Positions 1 to 7,469 of a stretch of 22,134 bases of DNA are shown here, in pieces. The DNA is from a virus (lineage: Duplodnaviria > Heunggongvirae > Uroviricota > Caudoviricetes): IMG/VR virus record IMGVR_UViG_2529292905_000029. One strand, given 5' to 3'. The notes under the pieces were generated by a model that was given only the letters and a program-made list of their open reading frames with translations, was not told the origin of the DNA and searched no databases. Each line of letters begins with the position of its first letter. The stretch's first letter is position 1. Both the position numbers and the translations under genes were made by a program.

Positions 1-1011
1 TTATAACGTCACTCCGCCTTTTAGTGGATTCAGAGCGACGGCATTTTGCAGATAGTCAGGCGCAAGGTGCGCATAGGCCATCGTCTGCTGAATGCTCGCA
101 TGTCCCAGAATCTGTTGCAGTGCGATTATATTGCCCCCATTCATCATGAAATGGCTTGCGAATGTATGCCGCAGGATGTGGGTTGCCTGATTGGGTGGTA
201 TATCAGGTTTCACTCTGCGTAAAATCCCGCAAAATTTCTCATAATCAACTTTGAATAATTTGGCGCTGGCCTCCTCTTTAACTTTTTTCTCCAGTTCCTC
301 AGAAATCGGCACGGCTCGCTTTTTACCGTTTTTGGTTTTCAGGAAGGTAACCCTGCAATTTGTAATCTGTGCTGGTTTTAGCGTGGCAACTTCCGTCCAT
401 CTTCCTCCGGTGCTCAGACATAAAAGCGCGACAAGTAAGTCATCACCAGCCAAAACATTTAACAGTTTTTCGATTTCTGCTTTTTCCAGGAACGTCATTT
501 CAGGGTTGGCCTCCGCCAGTGGCGGCAGTCCGTGAATTGGGTGTTGCCCGGAAAATTCATCCAATTGAATTAATTTTGTGAACATGCCGGATAATCGGTA
601 CATGTCACGGTTTATCGTTGCGGCACTGATACCATCACGTAGTCGCATGGAACGATAATCCATCAAAGCCCTTTTGCTCATCCTGCTCACTGGTATATCA
701 CCTATGCCGCTGATGGTTTTGAGTAGATGATTAAACTCTTTTGTTCCATGCTCGTGGTTTTGCCCGTGATATTTCCACCAGATGTCCAGCAACTCACTCA
801 AAGTCCGGCGGTCTGCTCGCTGGCCTCCCCATTCTTTCTGACTGGCATTGGCGATTGTGTATCGCTCAAATGCTAGTGCTTCAGCTTTTCTTTCGAATTT
901 CCTGCGGATGCGTTTTCCGTCGCGACCGCGAGGTCTAATGTCCACTTCATAGCGACCATCATCGAGCTTCTTAATTGCCATAAGAAAGCCCTCCGGCGCT
1001 GTATTCACCAT
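1..1011 (-). CDS. int: Phage integrase, tyrosine recombinase (P2 Int-like), 336 aa
   Basis: Complete minus-strand ORF whose stop codon is window bases 1-3. C-terminal region has tyrosine-recombinase-like HxLRHT (HILRHTFASH) and a conserved Tyr region (MAYAHLAP). Sits beside the repressor gene at the prophage end, as in P2. Confidence 0.9.
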   Translation of the reverse strand: MVNTAPEGFLMAIKKLDDGRYEVDIRPRGRDGKRIRRKFERKAEALAFERYTIANASQKEWGGQRADRRTLSELLDIWWKYHGQNHEHGTKEFNHLLKTISGIGDIPVSRMSKRALMDYRSMRLRDGISAATINRDMYRLSGMFTKLIQLDEFSGQHPIHGLPPLAEANPEMTFLEKAEIEKLLNVLAGDDLLVALLCLSTGGRWTEVATLKPAQITNCRVTFLKTKNGKKRAVPISEELEKKVKEEASAKLFKVDYEKFCGILRRVKPDIPPNQATHILRHTFASHFMMNGGNIIALQQILGHASIQQTMAYAHLAPDYLQNAVALNPLKGGVTL

Positions 1012-1050
1012 CTTGGTAGCAAATGGTGAAAATGTAATCTTTATATAGAG

Positions 1051-1344
1051 TTAGCCAATCCTTTTCGCGGAGTGGTTGGACTCTGTTGACTCTGGCCCAA
1101 TGTGCGCGAGAGCCGGTGCGATTTGTCCTGCGTCCGGCGCGGTTTTATCTGTCATAAGCCATAGAGCATATTTTTGGAATGTGGGATGCATAGTGATTTT
1201 TAGCAAAGCTGTGCCACCGGGTTCAAAGTTTCCTCCTTCATATTTTTTAAGTGTGCTTAGCGGTAACTCTATGATTTCACAGAATTTTGATTGGCTTAGC
1301 CCTTCAGCCTCACGCAAGGCCTTAATCTTTTCGCTTAATTTCAT
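1051..1344 (-). CDS. C: Immunity repressor, P2 C-like, 97 aa
   Basis: Small minus-strand ORF between int and the divergently transcribed cox-like gene. N-terminal HTH-like segment (EKIKALREAEGLSQSKFCEI) and a C-terminal QIAPALAH segment resembling P2-family C repressors. Size close to P2 C (99 aa). Confidence 0.8.
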   Translation of the reverse strand: MKLSEKIKALREAEGLSQSKFCEIIELPLSTLKKYEGGNFEPGGTALLKITMHPTFQKYALWLMTDKTAPDAGQIAPALAHIGPESTESNHSAKRIG

Positions 1345-1465
1345 TTGACATGGTGCCTATATAGGGACTAAATTCCCTCAAAACTGGAACCTATATAGGT
1401 TCCATTGATTTGAGAATAAACCAGCATCTAAACGGTTTTGAGTGGTTTAGAAAGGGCTGGATCCT
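1345..1465. promoter_or_regulatory. Lysis/lysogeny switch region between C and cox (expected Pc/Pe promoters and operators)
   Basis: 121-bp AT-rich intergenic region between divergent repressor and cox genes. Contains CCTATATAGG at 1356-1365 and the perfect 18-bp palindrome GGAACCTATATAGGTTCC at 1386-1403, both with TATATA cores. Promoter and operator assignment is by analogy to P2/186 switches. Confidence 0.55.
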
Positions 1466-1753
1466 ATGAGGGTACCATATATGGACGCTGAAAATTATGT
1501 GATTCAGTATCCGCTTGATGCGGTTCATGTGGATAAATTTGCTGATTTATTAGGGAAGCCAAAGACAGCCGTCAGTGAAATGGTGAAGGCAAATAAATTA
1601 CCAATTATTGAATTGCGTGATCCTTGCAAACCGAAGGCTCGTGCCGGTGAAAAATGGGTTTTCATTCCTGAGTTTAATCGCGCTGTACGTGAGGCGTTTT
1701 ATAACCGACCGGTTGAACAGCGTGATGCATGGCTTTTGTGGATGGGGTTGTGA
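1466..1753 (+). CDS. cox: Cox-like excisionase / early regulator, ~90-95 aa (start may be Met at 1481)
   Basis: First gene of the rightward early operon. Size close to P2 Cox (91 aa). C-terminal ...RDAWLLWMGL resembles the P2 Cox C-terminus as I recall it. Confidence 0.75.
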   Translation: MRVPYMDAENYVIQYPLDAVHVDKFADLLGKPKTAVSEMVKANKLPIIELRDPCKPKARAGEKWVFIPEFNRAVREAFYNRPVEQRDAWLLWMGL

Positions 1754-1755
1754 TT

Positions 1756-1926
1756 ATGAATGAGCCGCGTTGTATTGCTCAGTTATTGCGTAACGAAAGC
1801 CCCAGGGCGATTGACTTCACCATCACCCACGGTAAGGGGCGTAAGGGAATCATTATCCGCACCAAAAAACAGAGTCCGTTAAAAAAGGCTCTGACCTTTC
1901 TGAAAAGCCGGAGGGTATGGAAATGA
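1756..1926 (+). CDS. Small hypothetical early protein, 56 aa (P2 orf78 position)
   Basis: ORF starting at ATG 1756, three bases after the cox stop. Its TGA (1924-1926) overlaps the ATG of the next gene (ATGA at 1923-1926). Basic composition; no recognised motif. Confidence 0.4.
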   Translation: MNEPRCIAQLLRNESPRAIDFTITHGKGRKGIIIRTKKQSPLKKALTFLKSRRVWK

Positions 1927-2423
1927 CAGTGATGACGCTCAATCTCGTTGAAAAACAGCCAGCAGCTATGCGCCGGATAATTGGCAAGCATCTTGCCGTC
2001 CCTCGCTGGCTGGATACATGTGATTATTATAATCAGATGATGGAGCGCGAACGGCTAACGGTTTGCTTTCATGCACAGTTAAAACAGCGTCACGCAACGA
2101 TGCGTTTTGAAGAAATGAACGACGTCGAACGTGAACGACTCGTTTGTGCAATTGATGAATTGCGTGGCGCATTCTCAAAACGCCGTCAGGTCGGCGCAAG
2201 TGAGTATGCATATATTAGTTTTTTAACAGTCAGTCAGCGTCGTACTTTATTTATGCATGCGGGATTGACAGAAAAAGAATTCAATCAGCCGTACTGGCGA
2301 ATTAATGAAGAATCATGTTACTGGCGTGATGCTTTATTCCGTGCATTACGTGAATTATTCAGTCTGTTTGAGTATGCACCGACAATTCTGACGTCGGTAA
2401 AACCAGAGCAATATCTGCATTAA
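1923..2423 (+). CDS. B: Replication protein B-like (P2 gpB position, helicase-loader function in P2), 166 aa
   Basis: ORF from ATG 1923 with GGAGGG six bases upstream. 166 aa, the same length as P2 B, and in the same position between cox and A. No diagnostic motif seen. Confidence 0.7.
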   Translation: MTVMTLNLVEKQPAAMRRIIGKHLAVPRWLDTCDYYNQMMERERLTVCFHAQLKQRHATMRFEEMNDVERERLVCAIDELRGAFSKRRQVGASEYAYISFLTVSQRRTLFMHAGLTEKEFNQPYWRINEESCYWRDALFRALRELFSLFEYAPTILTSVKPEQYLH

Positions 2424-2486
2424 ATAATTAACCAGAGTTTTTAACGCACTTAATCGTGCGGGGCTTCTTTTTGCCTGGAGAAAGTC

Positions 2487-2711
2487 ATGCATACAGTTTC
2501 TGAAAATCAGTGCGGTAAATACGCATTACTGCTGCAACAGGCCAGAACCGAAGCACAGGCCGACGCTGCGACGCGCTTTTCTTCTCATCTTGACGCCATG
2601 ATTCGCCACATCACAAAGGCGGAGTTATCCCGCGTGGAGATAGTTGAGCTGCTCAGTCAGGAGTCGGAAAAATTTCACAATATCGGATTGTCTCGCGGGG
2701 AGGTGCTTTGA
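2487..2711 (+). CDS. Hypothetical early protein, 74 aa
   Basis: ORF in the B-to-A interval, co-directional, followed by overlapping stop/start with the next gene. Corresponds to the orf80-83 block of P2 by position. Confidence 0.5.
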   Translation: MHTVSENQCGKYALLLQQARTEAQADAATRFSSHLDAMIRHITKAELSRVEIVELLSQESEKFHNIGLSRGEVL

Positions 2712-3013
2712 TGTCCTGTTCTCGTTCGGTTGTATTACTGAATAACGCCTTAAAAATCGCCGTTATGAAAAATGGTGATTTGTCTCTTATTCAACTTGGT
2801 ATTGATAAAGAGAAGCGCGAAATAACTGAATCTGTTATCGCGATTTATCAGAGTGAATTAAACCTCCTGTCTGATGTGGTCAATTTACTTGTTAAACGCG
2901 CTGTATTCCACAAGCAAATTTCCTCAGTGGATGAACTGACAAAATTAACGACAGAACTCGCCAGTTATTGCGCTGATGAATTTAAGAAGCTGAACGACAA
3001 AAGGAGCTGGTAA
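2708..3013 (+). CDS. Hypothetical early protein, 101 aa
   Basis: Start overlaps the upstream stop (ATGA at 2708-2711). Its stop overlaps the next start (TAATG at 3010-3015). Confidence 0.5.
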   Translation: MMSCSRSVVLLNNALKIAVMKNGDLSLIQLGIDKEKREITESVIAIYQSELNLLSDVVNLLVKRAVFHKQISSVDELTKLTTELASYCADEFKKLNDKRSW

Positions 3014-3237
3014 TGCCGGACAACGTGGATTTTATTCAGGAACAACAGGCTGAATTACTGGAGCGCCAGATTAACGCGGCAAGGGTAAAACATTGCGGTG
3101 TTTCTGCGCTGGTTTGCGAAGAGTGTGACGCGCCAATACCTGCTGCCCGTCGTGCGGCTTATCCGTCAGCCACGCGTTGTGTTTCCTGTCAGTCAGTCTT
3201 TGAAGCAAAAAACAAACATTACCGGAGAACGGCATGA
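3013..3237 (+). CDS. TraR/DksA-family C4 zinc-finger protein, 74 aa
   Basis: Two CxxC pairs (CEECDAPIP...CVSCQ) with the spacing typical of DksA/TraR-type zinc fingers. Translationally coupled to its neighbours. Confidence 0.7.
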   Translation: MPDNVDFIQEQQAELLERQINAARVKHCGVSALVCEECDAPIPAARRAAYPSATRCVSCQSVFEAKNKHYRRTA

Positions 3238-3509
3238 GTATTCGTATTGAAATTGGCGAACGTTATGTCGTTACCAGTGACAGCTTTCAGTTTATTCTCC
3301 ACGAGAAAAAGAGAGCGGAAAGCGGTAAAAACGCCGGTCAGGAATGGCTGGCGGTGGTTGGTTATTACCCGAAATTAGGCCAGCTCGTTTCCGGCCTGAT
3401 GCATCACGATATTCTGACCGGAAGCGCAAAATCTTTTGCTGATTTAAACGCGCAGGTTGAGCAACTCAGCAAGCGTTGTTCAGAGGCTTTTGGCTCATAT
3501 GGCCGTTAA
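3234..3509 (+). CDS. Hypothetical early protein, 91 aa
   Basis: ORF with overlapping start (ATGA at 3234-3237). Its stop (3507-3509) overlaps the ATG of gene A at 3499. Confidence 0.5.
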   Translation: MSIRIEIGERYVVTSDSFQFILHEKKRAESGKNAGQEWLAVVGYYPKLGQLVSGLMHHDILTGSAKSFADLNAQVEQLSKRCSEAFGSYGR

Positions 3510-5784
3510 AGCCTCCGGGCGTTTTGTCCCTCCGTCAGCATTTACCGCAGGCACCGGTAAGGCGTTTACCGGTGCTTATGCATGGAACGCGCCACGCGAG
3601 GCTGTCGGGCGCGAAAGACCTCTTACACGTGACGAGATGCGTCAGGTGCAAGGTGTTTTATCCACGATTAACCGCCTGCCTTACTTTTTGCGCTCGCTGT
3701 TTACTTCACGCTATGACTACATCCGGCGCAATAAAAGCCCGGTGCACGGGTTTTATTTCCTCACATCTACTTTTCAGCGTCGTTTATGGCCGCGCATTGA
3801 GCGTGTGAATCAGCGCCATGAAATGAACACCGACGCGTCGTTGCTGTTTCTGGCAGAGCGTGACCACTATGCGCGCCTGCCGGGAATGAATGACAAGGAG
3901 CTGAAAAAGTTTGCCGCCCGTATCTCATCGCAGCTTTTCATGATGTATGAGGAACTCTGCGATGCATGGGTTGATGCGCATGGTGAAAAAGAATCGCTGT
4001 TTACGGATGAGGCGCAGGCTCACCTCTATGGTCATGTTGCTGGCGCTGCACGTGCTTTCAATATTTCCCCGCTCTACTGGAAAAAATACCGTAAAGGACA
4101 GATGACCACGAGGCAGGCATATTCTGCCATTGCCCGCCTGTTTAACGATGAGTGGTGGACTCATCAGCTTAAAGGCCAGCGTATGCGCTGGCATGAGGCG
4201 TTACTGATAGCTGTCGGGGAGGTCAATAAAGACCGTTCTCCTTATGCCAGTAAACACGCCATTCGTGATGTGCGTGCGCGCCGCCAGGCAAATCTGGAAT
4301 TTCTTAAATCGTGTGACCTTGAAAACAGGGAAACCGGCGAGCGCATCGACCTTATCAGTAAGGTGATGGGCAGTATTTCTAATCCTGAAATTCGCCGGAT
4401 GGAGCTGATGAACACCATTGCCGGTATTGAGCGTTACGCCGCCGCAGAGGGTGATGTGGGGATGTTTATCACGCTGACCGCGCCGTCAAAGTATCACCCG
4501 ACACGTCAGGTCGGAAAAGGCGAAAGTAAAACCGTTCAGCTTAATCACGGCTGGAACGATGAGGCATTTAATCCAAAGGATGCGCAGCGTTATCTCTGCC
4601 GTATCTGGAGCCTGATGCGCACGGCATTCAAGGATAATGATTTACAGGTCTACGGTTTGCGAGTCGTCGAGCCACACCACGACGGAACGCCGCACTGGCA
4701 TATGATGCTTTTTTGTCATCCACGCCAGCGTAACCAGATTATCGAAATCATGCGTCGCTATGCGCTCAAAGAGGATGGCGACGAAAGAGGAGCCGCGCGA
4801 AACCGTTTTCAGGCAAAACACCTTAACCGGGGCGGTGCTGCGGGATATATCGCGAAATACATTTCAAAAAACATCGACGGCTATGCACTGGATGGTCAGC
4901 TCGATAACGACACCGGCAGGCCGCTGAAAGACACTGCAGCGGCTGTTACCGCATGGGCGTCAACGTGGCGCATTCCGCAATTTAAAACGGTTGGCCTGCC
5001 GACAATGGGGGCTTACCGTGAACTACGCAAATTGCCTCGCGGCGTCAGCATTGCTGATGAGTTTGACGAGCGCGTCGAGGCTGCACGCGCCGCCGCAGAC
5101 AGTGGTGATTTTGCGCTGTATATCAGCGCGCAGGGCGGGGCAAATGTCCCGCGCGATTGTCAGACTGTCAGGGTCGCCCGTAGTCTGTCGGATGACGTTA
5201 ACGAGTACGAGGAAGAAGTCGAGAGAGTGGTCGGCATTTACGCGCCGCATCTCGGCGCGCGTCATATTCATATCACCAGAACGACGGACTGGCGCATTGT
5301 GCCGAAAGTTCCGGTCGTTGAGCCTTTGACTTTAAAAAGCGGCATCGCCGCGCCTCGGAGTCCTGTCAATAACTGTGGAAAGCTCACCGGTGGTGATACT
5401 TCGTTACCGGCTCCCACACCTTCTGAACACGCCGCAGCAGTGCTTAATCTGGTTGATGACGGTGTTATCGAATGGAATGAGCCGGAGGTCTTGAGGGCGC
5501 TCAGGGGTGCATTAAAACACGACCTGAGAACGCCAAACCGTCAGCAAAGAAACGGAAGCCCGTTAAAACCACATGAAATTGCACCATCGGCCAGACTGAC
5601 CCGGTCTGAACGATTGCAAATCACCCGTATCCGCGTTGACCTTGCTCAGAACGGTATCAGGCCGCAGCGATGGGCACTTGAGGCGCTGGCGCGTGGCGCG
5701 ACCGTAAATTATGACGGGAAAAAATTCACGTATCCGGTCGCTGATGAGTGGCCGGGATTCTCAACAGTAATGGAGTGGACATGA
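3499..5784 (+). CDS. A: Rolling-circle replication initiator endonuclease (P2 gpA), 761 aa
   Basis: Start MAVKASGRFVPP at ATG 3499. HUH-type metal-binding motif (PHWHMMLF) and active-site tyrosine motif (GYIAKYISKN) of rolling-circle initiators. Length equals P2 A (761 aa). Confidence 0.92.
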   Translation: MAVKASGRFVPPSAFTAGTGKAFTGAYAWNAPREAVGRERPLTRDEMRQVQGVLSTINRLPYFLRSLFTSRYDYIRRNKSPVHGFYFLTSTFQRRLWPRIERVNQRHEMNTDASLLFLAERDHYARLPGMNDKELKKFAARISSQLFMMYEELCDAWVDAHGEKESLFTDEAQAHLYGHVAGAARAFNISPLYWKKYRKGQMTTRQAYSAIARLFNDEWWTHQLKGQRMRWHEALLIAVGEVNKDRSPYASKHAIRDVRARRQANLEFLKSCDLENRETGERIDLISKVMGSISNPEIRRMELMNTIAGIERYAAAEGDVGMFITLTAPSKYHPTRQVGKGESKTVQLNHGWNDEAFNPKDAQRYLCRIWSLMRTAFKDNDLQVYGLRVVEPHHDGTPHWHMMLFCHPRQRNQIIEIMRRYALKEDGDERGAARNRFQAKHLNRGGAAGYIAKYISKNIDGYALDGQLDNDTGRPLKDTAAAVTAWASTWRIPQFKTVGLPTMGAYRELRKLPRGVSIADEFDERVEAARAAADSGDFALYISAQGGANVPRDCQTVRVARSLSDDVNEYEEEVERVVGIYAPHLGARHIHITRTTDWRIVPKVPVVEPLTLKSGIAAPRSPVNNCGKLTGGDTSLPAPTPSEHAAAVLNLVDDGVIEWNEPEVLRALRGALKHDLRTPNRQQRNGSPLKPHEIAPSARLTRSERLQITRIRVDLAQNGIRPQRWALEALARGATVNYDGKKFTYPVADEWPGFSTVMEWT

Positions 5785-6236
5785 TGGCAAAAATTCACGA
5801 GGTAAAGCTGCACGCAAAATATTTCGACCTTGTGCTGGAAGGAAAGAAACGCGCAGAGTTTCGGAAAAATGACCGTAATTATGAGCGCGGGGACACGTTG
5901 ATTTTGCATGAATGGGCGCAGGGTGTGTATACGGGGAGAAAGGTTGAAGCCAGGATAACAGATGTTACTGACCTGTCAGACTGGCTGGAAGACTATGTCT
6001 TGCTAAGTATTGAGCTGCTTAATACAGGCGCATATGAGATTGTGAACTGGAAAGAACTTAGTGAGCGTGGCCTGGTATTCAGAATTAATCATGAAATTAT
6101 GCATCAGCTCGGCCTTGCTGTTATGTATGAACCAGAGACGGGGATGTCTGGCGGGGCAATGGTCGCCACGGATGGAGCATGGAACTATTCAGATGAACAG
6201 ATGGAGCGTGCACAGCAAAACGGGTGGCTTGGATAA
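5784..6236 (+). CDS. ASCH/DUF3850-like (PUA-fold) protein with C-terminal extension, 150 aa
   Basis: ATG at 5784 overlaps the TGA of A (ATGATG at 5781-5786). N-terminal ~90 aa (MAKIHEVKLHAKYFDLVLEGKKRAEFRKNDRNYERGDTLILHEW...) resembles the ASCH-like DUF3850 fold. P2 has a 91-aa ORF at this position, so the ~60-aa C-terminal extension is unusual. Confidence 0.6.
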   Translation: MAKIHEVKLHAKYFDLVLEGKKRAEFRKNDRNYERGDTLILHEWAQGVYTGRKVEARITDVTDLSDWLEDYVLLSIELLNTGAYEIVNWKELSERGLVFRINHEIMHQLGLAVMYEPETGMSGGAMVATDGAWNYSDEQMERAQQNGWLG

Positions 6237-6442
6237 TGCACAGAATACCAGGCGAGATACCGCACCATAAAACTAAAAATATCAAGCTGATGGCTATTGT
6301 TCAGCGTTTACAGCGGATTATGGTCAACGAAAATCTGACGCCCGATGAGCTGGTCGGGTGTGCCGAAATAGTCCGGGATAATTACGGGCGGCTTAACTAT
6401 ATCGGTCAGTCCAGAGTTGCGCCACCACCACGCAGACGATAG
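6224..6442 (+). CDS. Small hypothetical ORF, 51-72 aa (possible start at 6290)
   Basis: ORF track only. Convergent with the minus-strand cassette. No motif, weak support. Confidence 0.3.
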   Translation: MAWIMHRIPGEIPHHKTKNIKLMAIVQRLQRIMVNENLTPDELVGCAEIVRDNYGRLNYIGQSRVAPPPRRR

Positions 6443-6514
6443 AGAACGCCGCCAGTCGTGAAACTTGTTTTCAGGGCTGGCGGGGTTGAACAATGAGCGT
6501 AGCGAGGCGTTAGC

Positions 6515-6754
6515 CTATTTATTAAAAAATTCTAGAAGTGTAATTCCATTGGCTCCAAGGCTTACAAAGCCTTCAATACTATTAATTGATGTGATTGTCT
6601 TTTTCAGAATGTTCTTTAGCTTTGAGCCTTCTTCGGTCGTAGTTATTACTTCGTTAAATTGCTCAGACATACAAGCATGCCCCATTGTGGCTTCTGTTGC
6701 TGAAATTATTGGCTCAATACCAGTTATTTCATAGTCGTCAAAAGCTCTAATCAT
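6515..6754 (-). CDS. Hypothetical small acidic protein, 79 aa (second gene of accessory cassette)
   Basis: Minus-strand ORF in AT-rich DNA. Its ATG (6754-6752) overlaps the TGA (6753-6751) of the upstream 165-aa ORF. Rich in D/E. No recognisable domain. Confidence 0.5.
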   Translation of the reverse strand: MIRAFDDYEITGIEPIISATEATMGHACMSEQFNEVITTTEEGSKLKNILKKTITSINSIEGFVSLGANGITLLEFFNK

Positions 6755-7248
6755 GTTGTCAATGTAATATAATATTTCTTTTTTAGGTTAATTGGGAAGT
6801 CAGAATTAATTATGGATTCCTTCAGTTCTAATAATTGCCCCTTTATTTCAATTAACTGTTCATCTTTAAGTTTTCCAATCTGACCTTTGGTCTTGAATAG
6901 GACTGATATCATCCCTAATTCATTTATGGCATTATCAGAGATTCTTTGGAGGGAATGGGACAGAGATTCTCCCAGATTTAAGTTTTCGAAAAAATCATTA
7001 ACACTGGGCCTCCAGTGTGGGGCTGTGATTTCATCTTCTGGAAAGTAGTCTTTTAATGTGTTATCTATTTTTTTAGGCAAGCTCATGATTTTGGAAATCT
7101 TATCCCATAAGATGGTTTTATTATCTTCAGAACCCTCTAATTCAAACATTTGTAATAAAGCACGCTTTACCGTAATGTTATATGGTTGTTGTGCTTTTAG
7201 CTTGGTGAAAAACTCTCGTAAGGTCAGTGCTGAATTGTCGATGTACAT
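6751..7248 (-). CDS. Hypothetical protein, 165 aa (first gene of accessory cassette)
   Basis: Minus-strand ORF in the AT-rich block, with AGG about 9 nt upstream of the ATG at 7248 and a promoter-like sequence upstream. C-terminal region looks coiled-coil-like (KLKDEQLIEIKGQLLELKESI). No catalytic motif recognised. Confidence 0.55.
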   Translation of the reverse strand: MYIDNSALTLREFFTKLKAQQPYNITVKRALLQMFELEGSEDNKTILWDKISKIMSLPKKIDNTLKDYFPEDEITAPHWRPSVNDFFENLNLGESLSHSLQRISDNAINELGMISVLFKTKGQIGKLKDEQLIEIKGQLLELKESIINSDFPINLKKKYYITLTT

Positions 7249-7290
7249 GGAAAAACCTAACAGTCAAATTATTAATAATAGAACAACAAG

Positions 7291-7319
7291 ATACTAATAA
7301 AATCTAACGTTAGTATCAA
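7291..7319 (-). promoter_or_regulatory. Candidate sigma70 promoter for the accessory cassette (TTGATA-N17-TAGTAT on minus strand)
   Basis: Reverse complement of 7314-7319 is TTGATA and of 7291-7296 is TAGTAT, separated by 17 bp. The spacer contains the perfect palindrome CTAACGTTAG (7304-7313). About 40 nt upstream of the ATG at 7248. Confidence 0.45.
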
Positions 7320-7450
7320 TAACGAATATATGCGCACACTGCATGAAAATGCATTTTCTTTTAAGGGGGCGATATATCGAGTCGAGTCATGGTTGATGCG
7401 ACATTAGTGTGCTGGTGCAACTGCATTCAAACAGACCCATGAAGCGGGCG

Positions 7451-7469
7451 GGCGAGGCGGGGAAAGCAC
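7451..7469. other. cos site: 19-nt cohesive-end sequence GGCGAGGCGGGGAAAGCAC
   Basis: Exact 19-mer that I recall as the P2 cohesive end, found at the expected map position between the accessory slot and the 3' end of Q. A G/T-rich tract follows at about 7540-7610. Confidence 0.7.

Noticed and set aside
3457-3498. Upstream start (MSNSASVV...) for gene A
   Set aside because: The ATG at 3499 overlaps the upstream stop, gives the canonical MAVKASGRF N-terminus and a 761-aa product; the extra 14 codons overlap the preceding gene.
6465-6734. 89-aa plus-strand ORF overlapping the 79-aa minus-strand cassette gene
   Set aside because: The minus-strand frame is favoured because its ATG overlaps the stop of the upstream 165-aa gene and shares its promoter. 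The plus-strand frame is hydrophobic and low-complexity with no obvious start context. Not fully excluded; proteomics or ribosome profiling would settle it.
7058-7297. 79-aa plus-strand ORF antisense to the 165-aa cassette gene
   Set aside because: Overlaps the better-supported minus-strand ORF and runs into the predicted promoter region.
7330-7400. Short inverted repeat TGCAT-GAAA-ATGCA followed by TTTTC, a possible plus-strand terminator
   Set aside because: The stem is short and AT-rich, and no plus-strand gene ends nearby, so a functional terminator is not supported.
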